From positions 1-45,762 of IMG/VR virus record IMGVR_UViG_3300040985_000986: a DNA stretch of 45,762 nt. One strand, given 5' to 3'. The notes beneath the pieces were generated by a model. That model did not search any database. It saw only the letters and a program-made list of their open reading frames with translations, and was not told the origin of the DNA. Shown piece after piece: positions 1 to 7,836 of the stretch. How positions within the stretch are numbered: the stretch's first letter is position 1; every line of letters begins with the position of its first letter. The position numbers were made by a program, and so were the translations under genes. This stretch comes from a virus.

Positions 1-107
1 CACAGAAAAGCGGTCTTGCGATCGGCTGAGGCGACCCTGACCCACATGCAGACCGTGTAGTCCGCATCCCCCAGTGTCAGGTATGACGCAGCCGGGGTTT
101 TGAATAT
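1..107. repeat. Terminal overlap, copy 1. It is identical to 45656..45762, which indicates a circularly closed contig or a short direct terminal repeat.
   Basis: Base-by-base comparison: cacagaaaagcggtcttgcg...ggggttttgaatat occurs at both ends of the window with no mismatch. Confidence 0.95.
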
Positions 108-182
108 CGGAAACGAGCCCGAGCTTGCACTGTCCTGGTCTAAAAATCGTGCGGTGCCCACCGAACTAACTCCCCACCATGG

Positions 183-680
183 TTAGCTCGCTGCGTAGGA
201 AAGGTGAACAGCACATACCTCAGCATCACCGCTAAGTGCCCCATCGGGGTTTGCGCTAACGTCGCGGTAGATCTTGAGAATGAAGTAGTCGCCTGTGACG
301 GCACTGTCTTGCTGTGCGCCGGTCGTCAGCGTCACCGTGGCGCGAACCGGCACCAGCGTCGTTGTGCTGACCGAAACGTCACCAGATAGCACAGCAGTCG
401 CGAACGCTGCCGCAGTGATCGCGGTCGTGTCAGTGGCGACGCTATAGGCCAGTGCCTGCACGCCGAACTCCACAGTTCCGGTCGTTGCCGTTGCCCAGAA
501 GTCAATATCCACCGTCATCGACCCGGCCAAGGCGGGGAGTTGACCGATTCGCCAGATGCCGCCTTCGTCTGCGGAGTCATCGAATCCGTAGTGGTCGATC
601 TCGCCGACTACTTTGTATTCCGGTAGCGTCAGGCTGTCGGCCGGCTGCATCGCGGACATTGGTAGATTGATTTCGGCCAT
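183..680 (-). CDS. Hypothetical virion-associated protein (165 aa), beta-rich.
   Basis: Long ORF in the co-oriented structural operon downstream of the portal gene. T/V/A/S-rich, beta-type composition. Its stop lies 21 nt upstream of the likely GTG start of the LamG gene that crosses the circular junction. Confidence 0.65.
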   Translation of the reverse strand: MAEINLPMSAMQPADSLTLPEYKVVGEIDHYGFDDSADEGGIWRIGQLPALAGSMTVDIDFWATATTGTVEFGVQALAYSVATDTTAITAAAFATAVLSGDVSVSTTTLVPVRATVTLTTGAQQDSAVTGDYFILKIYRDVSANPDGALSGDAEVCAVHLSYAAS

Positions 681-686
681 GTCTGC

Positions 687-1115
687 CTACGCGAGGGTCC
701 AGATTCCAGCGGAGTTCATCGTGACGCTCAATGTGTTACCGACCGTGATGGTCACGTCAACCGGAGTGCCTCCACCAGCGTCCAGGTTGCACCAGCACAT
801 GAACTTGCCACTGGGTTTGTAGATAGCTGCATACCTCGCCACTAGTGACCCGGTCGCGGTCCACACAATAGATACCGAGTTCGTCACCTTGACGGTGGTC
901 GTGCCAGACAGAGTCATTGTGCCAAGGGAGATACCACCTAACGTGTAGCCGTTGGCAGTGGGCAACTCGTTCGTTGTGGAGTAGTCCGTCGAATCCGCAG
1001 GCGACCACAAAGAGCTGAACAGCGCAATGTTGAACGTGTCGGTAGCGAGAGCGAAGTCACCGTTGACGAGTGACGTTCGGGCAGTATCAGGGAAGGTCCA
1101 AGGTCCGGCTGTCAT
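687..1115 (-). CDS. Hypothetical virion-associated protein (142 aa).
   Basis: ORF tightly packed between its neighbours. The GY(T/A)xGG and ARYAAIY-type segments recall small phage structural or fibre-associated proteins, from memory only. Confidence 0.65.
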   Translation of the reverse strand: MTAGPWTFPDTARTSLVNGDFALATDTFNIALFSSLWSPADSTDYSTTNELPTANGYTLGGISLGTMTLSGTTTVKVTNSVSIVWTATGSLVARYAAIYKPSGKFMCWCNLDAGGGTPVDVTITVGNTLSVTMNSAGIWTLA

Positions 1116-1128
1116 ATTTGTCCTGCTA

Positions 1129-1587
1129 TTAGCTGGTGATTACTTCGAATGTAGCGACTTCGTTCATGGTTCCCGCGGGCGTTCGCACCCACAACTTCAA
1201 GACCCACGGCCCCGCTACAGCATTGTCTGCCTGGAAAACCACCGCGACCTTGGTGGCATACATGGTCTCAAATGCTGGCACTCCTGGGAGGTCTACCGAT
1301 GGCGTTCCTGACGTGAAGGGGTCAAGAGGCAGCGTGTCCTTCGCAACGAATAGCGGTATGACACTGATGTTTTCGCCGCTCTCTTCGCCATCAAGGATCG
1401 CGGTGGCGGCAGTTATGTCTCCACTGGGTTGCGGCGCCACGCCTTGGCCCTGCTGGCCCACTGCGCGGTGAATGATTCGCCGGAGCGCAGGCCCGTCGGT
1501 AGGGGCGCCTCCCGCCCGGTTGACGATCGACTGATCGCGACTGCGGTCAGTGAACCAGCCGTAGCCCCCTTGTCCTTTGCGGCGCAT
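1129..1587 (-). CDS. Hypothetical protein (152 aa) directly downstream of the portal gene.
   Basis: Its ATG overlaps the portal stop (TGATG). No recognisable motif. Confidence 0.6.
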   Translation of the reverse strand: MRRKGQGGYGWFTDRSRDQSIVNRAGGAPTDGPALRRIIHRAVGQQGQGVAPQPSGDITAATAILDGEESGENISVIPLFVAKDTLPLDPFTSGTPSVDLPGVPAFETMYATKVAVVFQADNAVAGPWVLKLWVRTPAGTMNEVATFEVITS

Positions 1588-3281
1588 CAGCTACCTGCCA
1601 CCTGTGTGAATTGCTGTTCGGGGGGTGTGGGCGCCAGGGAAGATGCCTTGGCGACGTCCCTAGCTACGCCGGCCTGCGCTTGCATCATCTCAGTCTGGGC
1701 GGCTTGGGCCTGCATCTCGTGGCGCGCTTCGCGGAGCTCGTCCGCCTCTTCGCGCGACACAAGCATGCGCTGCGGCACGCCGAGGCGCTCCGCCAAGTCT
1801 TCGACAAACTCGTCGCTGTTCAGCCTGTCGAGGATCTCAGGCTTCATTTGCGCGGCCGCGCCGGCCGTAGCCATAAACCGGTCGATGCTCTTGGCGCCAA
1901 CCGCGCGCTGCGTCTGCGCCAGCATCGAGACGAACTCGATCTCGACGGTGTTGCCTACGAGCTCTTCGGGGATTGGTGGCAACTCACCCGCTTCCAGCAG
2001 GTAATTGAAAGTGAGGTTGACGAGCGGCTCCAGAAGTTCGTTATGTAGTCGCTCAAGCGCCGGCCCGAGCATGAGGAGTTTCTCTTCGTGCCGCTCGGCA
2101 ACCTCAGTTGCGGTCATACTTTTGTCGGTCTGCGCGATCATCAAGAACATGTCGGCGAACCACGCACCGTTGATGCGCGAGCGAATGTCTTGGATGTCCG
2201 CCAGTAGCGGTTGCAGATGCTGTCCCGGCTGCCACAGCGGGCCCGCGCGGTTCGAGCCTGTCGCGTCTGTGTAGTTCTTGCCTCCAGGCGCCAGGTCAGT
2301 CTCTTGGTTCTTCATGTCCGACGGCAATAGCATGCTCGGGTCAGACGCAAAGTCGATCATCTGACTCTTGCGATACTGCTCTTGCTGCAGCTGTATCACG
2401 TCCCCGAGGCCGTTCATGCCAGGGCCCGAACCGTAGTCATCGCCTGGGATCAGCGACCAACGGGGAACCACTGCCGGGAAACGGTTGAACCCAGACTCGC
2501 GCAGCACATTACTCGTGCGGTCTGGTTGCTGCGCGACCTCCCAGTATACGGAGCGCCACGGCATGTTCTCGTTGTCGCTCGCCCGGAAGTCACGGTCCAT
2601 GCGTGGTTCAATCGCGTGGCGCACAGTCACCGGCTCGTCCTGCCCGTTGTTCTCGGCCAACGTGCGGACGCGATCGCTAACTTTCTCGATGCCGAACTCG
2701 CGCACGACCTGCGCGACCGACATCTCCGTCTCGCGGTAGAGCGTCTGCACGTCTCCGTCAGGGCCCGACGCTGCCCTGAATTGCCCGAAGGGCAGAACGT
2801 GCATGTGCACTAGCCGGTCGGGGTGAGGCACTAGAATCGCGGCCGCAGTGCCGTAGAGAGGGCAGTCCGTGTATATCTGCTGCAGGCTACGGTAGACGTT
2901 CGAACCAGAGAACGTCTTCAGAATGATGCGCGTGACGTCGTCGAGGAACACGCGGATGTCGTGCTTGCGCGAGAGCTCAGGGTCGCGGACTCCCATACGG
3001 AACCACGGCCGCGCAGGTGAACTCGCGCCGGCGGTCAGGCCCGCAGACAGAATCTGGATCGAGCGCTGTGGCGTGTTGTCGATGATGTCTTCGTTGCGCG
3101 CCCACCCCTCGTTCCGGTCCTCGGTCCAGAACCGGCCAGACCAGGGTAGGTAGTTGCGCGCGATCTCCTGCCCGTGCGCGCGCCAAGAACTGAAGATCGT
3201 GTCGAGCTTGTGCCACCTGTCCTGCATCTGCTGGACTAGCGTCTGCCCGCTCTTGTTCCGTTGGTTATCGGCGGCTGCCAT
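1587..3281 (-). CDS. Portal protein (T7-type head-to-tail connector), 564 aa.
   Basis: Size, position downstream of the terminase, and an N-terminal region (...NYLPWSGRFW...DIIDNTPQRSIQILSAGLTAGASSPARPWFRMG...) typical of podovirus head-tail connector portals, recognised from memory. Confidence 0.85.
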   Translation of the reverse strand: MAAADNQRNKSGQTLVQQMQDRWHKLDTIFSSWRAHGQEIARNYLPWSGRFWTEDRNEGWARNEDIIDNTPQRSIQILSAGLTAGASSPARPWFRMGVRDPELSRKHDIRVFLDDVTRIILKTFSGSNVYRSLQQIYTDCPLYGTAAAILVPHPDRLVHMHVLPFGQFRAASGPDGDVQTLYRETEMSVAQVVREFGIEKVSDRVRTLAENNGQDEPVTVRHAIEPRMDRDFRASDNENMPWRSVYWEVAQQPDRTSNVLRESGFNRFPAVVPRWSLIPGDDYGSGPGMNGLGDVIQLQQEQYRKSQMIDFASDPSMLLPSDMKNQETDLAPGGKNYTDATGSNRAGPLWQPGQHLQPLLADIQDIRSRINGAWFADMFLMIAQTDKSMTATEVAERHEEKLLMLGPALERLHNELLEPLVNLTFNYLLEAGELPPIPEELVGNTVEIEFVSMLAQTQRAVGAKSIDRFMATAGAAAQMKPEILDRLNSDEFVEDLAERLGVPQRMLVSREEADELREARHEMQAQAAQTEMMQAQAGVARDVAKASSLAPTPPEQQFTQVAGS

Positions 3282-3284
3282 GGG

Positions 3285-3617
3285 TTACTCTCCCAGCAGT
3301 GCTGCAGTGCCAAGCCGCAAGGCTTCGGGGTCGACACCGCCGGCGCCGCTCATGCGGGTGCGCCCTTGCGTAAGGCTACCCTCCGCCTCTTCGGCTTCTA
3401 GCATAGCCATCGGGTCGGCCTGTTCACGGTTAGCGGCAGCATCCTCTCGCGCCTCACTCCGCTTCTGGGCTACCATCTGACCTTGGGCCTGCTTCTGCTG
3501 CTGCTCCTGCCTGCCGCGTGCTCTCTTGGCCTCCGTCTGCTGCATTCTTGCTTGCCCGGCACCTGCTCCTGCTGCGATAACAGCGCCAATAATTGCGCCT
3601 ACTCCTGCACTTACCAT
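3285..3617 (-). CDS. Hypothetical small protein (110 aa) with an N-terminal Gly/Ala-zipper hydrophobic segment and a Q/E/R-rich tail.
   Basis: Starts MVSAGVGAIIGAVIAAGAGAG, followed by a charged low-complexity region. Lies 3 nt upstream of the portal start. Confidence 0.55.
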   Translation of the reverse strand: MVSAGVGAIIGAVIAAGAGAGQARMQQTEAKRARGRQEQQQKQAQGQMVAQKRSEAREDAAANREQADPMAMLEAEEAEGSLTQGRTRMSGAGGVDPEALRLGTAALLGE

Positions 3618-4063
3618 TCGATCTGCTCCTCGTAAAATACTTCGAACTTCGTGAACCGGTCTTTGCTGTCGAGCACACGCTCGAACGCCGACCCCGCTTT
3701 GGCGCCCCAGAGAACCGACGTGGCGGTTAGTGAACGCGCGGCGCGGGAAAATGCGCTCATCAGCTGCTCACACGTAGCTGCGTTACGATGGTCTGGGTCA
3801 ATGTAAAAGACGTCGACCTGCGCGTAGCACCAGCTTTGGTGTTGTATGTGCTTGTCGACGAAAAACCCGGCGACGTAGCCGACGAGCTCTTCGCCAGCCC
3901 AGGCGCCGAACACCAGCAGCTTGTGCGCTGCTTCGGCCAAGGAATACACAGACCAGTCGATGTCGAGCTCGCGGTGGCCCGTCTCCTGCCCGTTCGCTTC
4001 CAGCAGTGCTTCGCCTTGCTCTTGCAAGTCGCAGCACCGGAGTCTGTCTACTCGGACGTCCAC
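3611..4063 (-). CDS. GNAT-like N-acetyltransferase candidate (150 aa).
   Basis: The segment ELVGYVAGFFVD...VDVFYIDPDHRN..CEQLMSAFSRAAR resembles the GNAT beta4-alpha3 core. The canonical Q/RxxGxG/A motif is degenerate, so the call is tentative. Confidence 0.45.
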   Translation of the reverse strand: MDVRVDRLRCCDLQEQGEALLEANGQETGHRELDIDWSVYSLAEAAHKLLVFGAWAGEELVGYVAGFFVDKHIQHQSWCYAQVDVFYIDPDHRNAATCEQLMSAFSRAARSLTATSVLWGAKAGSAFERVLDSKDRFTKFEVFYEEQIEW

Positions 4064-4299
4064 TACCAGAGGGCGATTGTGTTTGTCGGGACGACGCCCA
4101 CGCCCTTGGCCTGGATCTCAAGGATGGTGCCCACTGGCACCGAGTTGAATGCGACAGTGGTGTCGTCGGTCAGCACTACGTTCACCGTGCCGCCAGTTGC
4201 GACGTAGAGTGCCGAACACGGGTTGTCGAAGGTAGAGGAGTTAGTCGCTAGCATCGCGTGGACGTAACGAGCTTTTGTCGTGCTTACAAAGTCGGCCAT
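4063..4299 (-). CDS. Hypothetical small beta-rich protein (78 aa).
   Basis: ORF between terL and the GNAT-like gene. Its end abuts the next start. Confidence 0.55.
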   Translation of the reverse strand: MADFVSTTKARYVHAMLATNSSTFDNPCSALYVATGGTVNVVLTDDTTVAFNSVPVGTILEIQAKGVGVVPTNTIALW

Positions 4300-4338
4300 A
4301 GGGTAGAGCGTGCCACAAAGGACGCCCGCTCTGGGCCC

Positions 4339-5712
4339 CTAGCGCTCCCGCCAGTGCTTCATCGGGTGGTAGCTCCCGCGTCGTGCCTCGTTCCGTGGCC
4401 GCTGCGCCACTGGCGGCGCGAACGGGTGGGTGGGGTCATAGTCGACGTGGATGTTCGGCGGCGGCAGGTCAGCGGCGAACGTGAGGGCCAGCGCGTCCCC
4501 TATGTCAGGCGATCCGGCATCGGGCAGGCGCTTGCGTATCTCGTCCTTGGACTCCAGCTTGTAGCGGCCGCGCACGTCGAACTCGTAGATCGGCGTCGCG
4601 AGCTCTTGCTTGAGCGTGAGCTCGTCTTGGATGGCACCGCCTGCGTCGATCCAGTCGCGTAGCTTGAACCACATTTCGGTGCGCTTGTTTATGTAGAGCT
4701 CCTCCTTGCCGGCCTTGCCTCCGAACGGCACCTCAATCACCGAGTAGTGGAGCATGCGAAGCCGGTCGATCACACCAGAGTCGGCCGCGTCAATGAACAC
4801 GGCGTGAGGCTTGTGCTGCTCGATCTCCTGCGAGACGCGCGCGGCCAGCTGCATGTTGTCCATGCTCCGCATCACGATAGGCGTGAACATCTGCAGCCCC
4901 TGGCGGCGCACGATCACCGACCGGTCGTTGCCGAACCGGGCGCCGTCAACGCCGAGCACGATGGGCGACGCCGCGAGGTCACCCGGCGGGTATTTGCGCG
5001 TGGCAGCGATCTGCACGTCGTGCAGCGACATCAACTGGTCGTCGCCCTGCGCCGAGAAGTCGCACATCATCTCGCGGGCGAACGCCTGCTCCGACATCGT
5101 GTCCCGCATCTCTTCGATCTCGCGAGGGGAGAGGCCCTCGGTCTCGTAGCACGTCCAGAGCCCGACGAACCAGTCCTCGCCCGCCGCCATCCGAGCCAGC
5201 CCCATGTGGTAGATCTGGCTGAACAGGTCGACCCGCTTGACGGTGCCGATGAACAACGCGCCGCCTTCCCGGTCAGCGAGCGCCGGGCGGCAGACCTCGA
5301 ACCATAGCTCGGGCTTCATCTGCGCGACCTCGTCGAGCACTGCGAAGTCGAGACGCAACCCGCGAAGGGCGTCTGGGTTGTCAGCACCAAAGAGGCGCAC
5401 GATGGCGCCGTTATGCTTGAGCGCGACGGAAAGCTCAGACTCGTTGACTGACACATGCCCCGTCGCGATGAAAGGTGCGACGATCTGCTTCAGCCGCGCC
5501 CACGCCACGGCCTTCGCCTGCTTCAGCTGCGGCGCCACATAGACGAACATGCCGAGCGGCTGCGCGAACGTCATCGCGCGGTCGAGCAACTCCATCAACG
5601 CGAGCTCCGTCTTGCCGGCGCGGCGATGCAGGACCAGCACGTTGAATCGTCGCACGCCCTGGTGCGCGGTGCGCTGCCACGCGCGCGGCGTGTATGGGAT
5701 GGTTACCCGCAT
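4339..5712 (-). CDS. terL: Terminase large subunit (457 aa from the ATG at 5712; the track ORF extends to 5754).
   Basis: Walker A-like HRRAGKTE, Walker B-like FAVLDEV, and a C-terminal nuclease-type region. The ATG at 5712 overlaps the stop of the upstream 100-aa ORF by 10 nt, which favours this start. Confidence 0.9.
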   Translation of the reverse strand: MRVTIPYTPRAWQRTAHQGVRRFNVLVLHRRAGKTELALMELLDRAMTFAQPLGMFVYVAPQLKQAKAVAWARLKQIVAPFIATGHVSVNESELSVALKHNGAIVRLFGADNPDALRGLRLDFAVLDEVAQMKPELWFEVCRPALADREGGALFIGTVKRVDLFSQIYHMGLARMAAGEDWFVGLWTCYETEGLSPREIEEMRDTMSEQAFAREMMCDFSAQGDDQLMSLHDVQIAATRKYPPGDLAASPIVLGVDGARFGNDRSVIVRRQGLQMFTPIVMRSMDNMQLAARVSQEIEQHKPHAVFIDAADSGVIDRLRMLHYSVIEVPFGGKAGKEELYINKRTEMWFKLRDWIDAGGAIQDELTLKQELATPIYEFDVRGRYKLESKDEIRKRLPDAGSPDIGDALALTFAADLPPPNIHVDYDPTHPFAPPVAQRPRNEARRGSYHPMKHWRER

Positions 5713-6005
5713 TGTAGTTTGTCTAGCTCCGCTTGGATGGCCACGCGCAGCCACGCGCGCGGCTCACGCTCTAGCTTCTCGTGCAGGTCGACCAGCTGGT
5801 TGACTCGCGTGCACTTCAGCATCTCGTTGCGCTCGGGTGGAGGCGGCGGGGCTGCGGCCTTACGTGCGGGGCGCGCCTCGCGGATCGTCTGCAGGCGCAG
5901 CAACGTGCACGGCTTGCACTTGCGCCGCGTCTTGCCATAGGTGTCGATGTAGGTGTAGGTGTTCTTCTGAACCTTCAGGTGCCCACGGGCGCATGCGTCG
6001 GTCAT
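5703..6005 (-). CDS. Zinc-ribbon protein (100 aa), C-x3-GH ... C-x2-C type.
   Basis: Contains CARGH...GKTRRKCKPC followed by a proline stretch and a helical tail. Translationally coupled on both sides (ATGA at 6002-6005; overlap with terL). Confidence 0.6.
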   Translation of the reverse strand: MTDACARGHLKVQKNTYTYIDTYGKTRRKCKPCTLLRLQTIREARPARKAAAPPPPPERNEMLKCTRVNQLVDLHEKLEREPRAWLRVAIQAELDKLQCG

Positions 6006-6178
6006 TGGGCCGCGTAGATCATGGACACTTGCGGTGCCTCAACCTCGACGAAGGTGTTACCGAGCTCGCGCGCATACACCTTGTTGGCTGCACGCACCAC
6101 GTCGACGGAGTCGGCGACGATCGCATCGCCGATGTGGTTGGACTTCTTGTCTTCGAACACGCAGGGAGAATGGCTCAT
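6002..6178 (-). CDS. Small hypothetical ORF (58 aa), below the ORF-track length cut-off.
   Basis: Hand translation gives MSHSPCVFEDKKSNHIGDAIVADSVDVVRAANKVYARELGNTFVEVEAPQVSMIYAAQ. ATGA overlaps at both ends fill the gap between terS and the zinc-ribbon ORF. Confidence 0.45.
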   Translation of the reverse strand: MSHSPCVFEDKKSNHIGDAIVADSVDVVRAANKVYARELGNTFVEVEAPQVSMIYAAQ

Positions 6179-6639
6179 AGTATGTCTTCGATGCTATCCG
6201 CCGGCAGCACGCGGTGCTCGGCGTCCTTCACTTGTTCCGACGTCCGCGGCACGCCAGTGATGACCTGCAACGACGTGGCGCCGCTGTGCTCGGTCTTGGT
6301 CTTCGGTTGGTAGTCTTCGAGCAGCCGTTCGGCCGCCCACTGCCTCGCCTTGATGCGCGCCTCCATCGCTCGCACTTGCAGCGCGTCGGTCGCGAACTCT
6401 AGCTCGTCGGCGAGGGCGATCACCTCGTCGGCCTGCTCGCGCACGTAGTCCTCGCGCGCCTGGCGGTAGGCATCGAACAGGTCTGGGTGTTTGCGCAGCG
6501 CTGCGCGGAACTTCAGCTTGGTGAAGCCACCGAAGTCGCCGACGTTCTTGCACGCGTGATCGATGCGAATGCCGCGCGCCACGCGGTCGATGACGACGAC
6601 GGCTGCGTCCTTCACTGCGAGTGCATACTTGCGTGTCAT
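6175..6639 (-). CDS. terS: Terminase small subunit candidate (154 aa from the ATG at 6639; the track ORF extends to 6687).
   Basis: The segment ...ALQVRAMEARIKARQWAAERLLEDYQPKTKTEHSG resembles the conserved helix of phage small terminases. It lies two genes upstream of terL. The ATG at 6639 forms an ATGA overlap with the upstream HTH ORF. Confidence 0.6.
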   Translation of the reverse strand: MTRKYALAVKDAAVVVIDRVARGIRIDHACKNVGDFGGFTKLKFRAALRKHPDLFDAYRQAREDYVREQADEVIALADELEFATDALQVRAMEARIKARQWAAERLLEDYQPKTKTEHSGATSLQVITGVPRTSEQVKDAEHRVLPADSIEDIL

Positions 6640-6818
6640 TTGGGAGGTATCCGCTTCAGGAATGGGCGCCGAGTGTAGCGCAGCCACTTGCGCACCGTCT
6701 CGTATGGTTGGCCGACGACGGTAGCCACTTGCCGGAAGGTGAGGCCGTGACGCTCGCGCAGGTCGCGCGCATACCGCACGACGTCGTCGTCGACCTTCCC
6801 TCGCGGCTCGCTGCTCAT
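6636..6818 (-). CDS. Small helix-turn-helix protein (60 aa; internal start of the 115-aa track ORF).
   Basis: The segment LTFRQVATVVGQPYETVRKWL is HTH-like. The upstream part of the track ORF is Arg/Gly-rich off-frame-looking sequence. The start at 6818 forms an ATGA overlap with the preceding ORF. Confidence 0.5.
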   Translation of the reverse strand: MSSEPRGKVDDDVVRYARDLRERHGLTFRQVATVVGQPYETVRKWLRYTRRPFLKRIPPK

Positions 6819-7021
6819 CCGCACCACCAGCGGATGAGCAGCGCGAGCGCGGCGCCGGCCACTGCCAGCACGAGCCACACCGCGACCAGCATGCTGCGCT
6901 GCGCCTCTGCGTCGTGGCCCGCTGCGTCGATGCGCTTGTCGAGCTCGGCGACGAGCGCCGGCAGGCCCTGGCTCGAGGCCCACACGCGCAGGCTGCGTAG
7001 CTCGATCAGCAGCTGCGTCAT
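6815..7021 (-). CDS. Small protein with a C-terminal transmembrane helix (68 aa from the ATG at 7021).
   Basis: Contains MLVAVWLVLAVAGAALALLI. ATGA overlaps at both ends. Confidence 0.5.
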   Translation of the reverse strand: MTQLLIELRSLRVWASSQGLPALVAELDKRIDAAGHDAEAQRSMLVAVWLVLAVAGAALALLIRWWCG

Positions 7022-7218
7022 TTGGCGTCCGAGGGGAACGCCAGCTGCCGCTGCTCGCCGCACCAGTCGTCGACTGACACCTCAGGCCACGCGGGATACG
7101 GGATGCCGTCTTGCGGCAGCATCGGTGGAGGGCGGAGGTGGCAGTAGCCCCGAGGGATGTCGTCGGGGTCGCTGTCCTTGTTGATCTCGAAGAACTGGCA
7201 GGTGCGGCATCGGTTCAT
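7018..7218 (-). CDS. Small Cys-rich protein (66 aa).
   Basis: The pattern CRTC...C...WCGE resembles a small phage protein family, from memory. Confidence 0.55.
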   Translation of the reverse strand: MNRCRTCQFFEINKDSDPDDIPRGYCHLRPPPMLPQDGIPYPAWPEVSVDDWCGEQRQLAFPSDAK

Positions 7219-7223
7219 GGCGC

Positions 7224-7595
7224 CTAGCCTACCACGTCAGCCCACGGTTGGATAACCGCAAGCACACTACCTGGTCTGCGCACCTCGCCGGACCAGCAGC
7301 CGGCCAGCAGCTGCACGTCGACATCGTCTCGGCCGTTGGCCTCGAACACGCCGTCGAGCGCACCCTTGCACCCGGCGATCAGGTTGTCGAGGTCGCGGCG
7401 CCGCTTGTCCGGCGGGGTGAACACCAGCAGCACGCGCAAGGGCCCCAGGGGCAGCGCTGCGGCCGTGATGGCTGCGCCGCCTGCCTCGCGTCGCTGCCTG
7501 CGCCGCTCGCGCGTGCGCGCGTGCACATGCGCGCCACTGTTCGGCATGCACGCTCGAGGCGGCCAGCACAACTCGATCTCTACGCTCTCATTCAT
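7224..7595 (-). CDS. rusA: RusA-family Holliday junction resolvase (123 aa).
   Basis: The motif PPDKRRRDLDNLIAGCKGALDGV matches the RusA catalytic Asp cluster. RBS GAGAGGA lies 7 nt before the ATG. Confidence 0.85.
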   Translation of the reverse strand: MNESVEIELCWPPRACMPNSGAHVHARTRERRRQRREAGGAAITAAALPLGPLRVLLVFTPPDKRRRDLDNLIAGCKGALDGVFEANGRDDVDVQLLAGCWSGEVRRPGSVLAVIQPWADVVG

Positions 7596-7633
7596 TGTCC
7601 AATCCTCTCATCTCTTCCCTGTCGTGCCCTGGT

Positions 7634-7827
7634 CTACGGTTCTTGTAGAACCGTAGCCCGTCAACGGGCTACCGACTCACAGGCGCCAAAGTAGCCCGTC
7701 GTAGCCCGTGACTGGCGACAAACCACTACCCCACAAACACTTGTGGACCGTTGGGCTCGGTAGCCCGTGGCTAGCCCGTCGGTGTCTGAAGGTGTCCAGA
7801 CTCCTCGGTAGCCCGTTAACGGGCTAC
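7634..7827. repeat. Iteron/operator cluster with eight copies of GTAGCCCGT (one variant), a candidate origin or regulator-binding array.
   Basis: Two copies form 9+2+9 palindromes at 7653..7672 and 7808..7827. Direct copies lie at 7691, 7701, 7760 and 7771 (the last is CTAGCCCGT). An overlapping 9-bp inverted repeat CTACGGTTC/GAACCGTAG is at 7634..7656. All lie in the only sizeable non-coding gap (241 bp) of the minus arm. Confidence 0.6.
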
Positions 7828-7836
7828 CATTTCACA

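Noticed and set aside
4328-4341. A shared 12-mer, CTGGGCCCCTAG, at the ends of terL (about 4330..4341) and of the lipoprotein gene (about 43941..43952).
   Set aside because: A 12-bp coincidence is expected by chance many times in a 45-kb GC-rich genome. There is no flanking similarity.
7653-7827. The two 20-bp GTAGCCCGT palindromes as rho-independent terminators of the primase gene.
   Set aside because: Neither is followed by a T-tract on the minus strand. The same 9-mer also occurs as direct repeats between them, which fits protein-binding iterons better.
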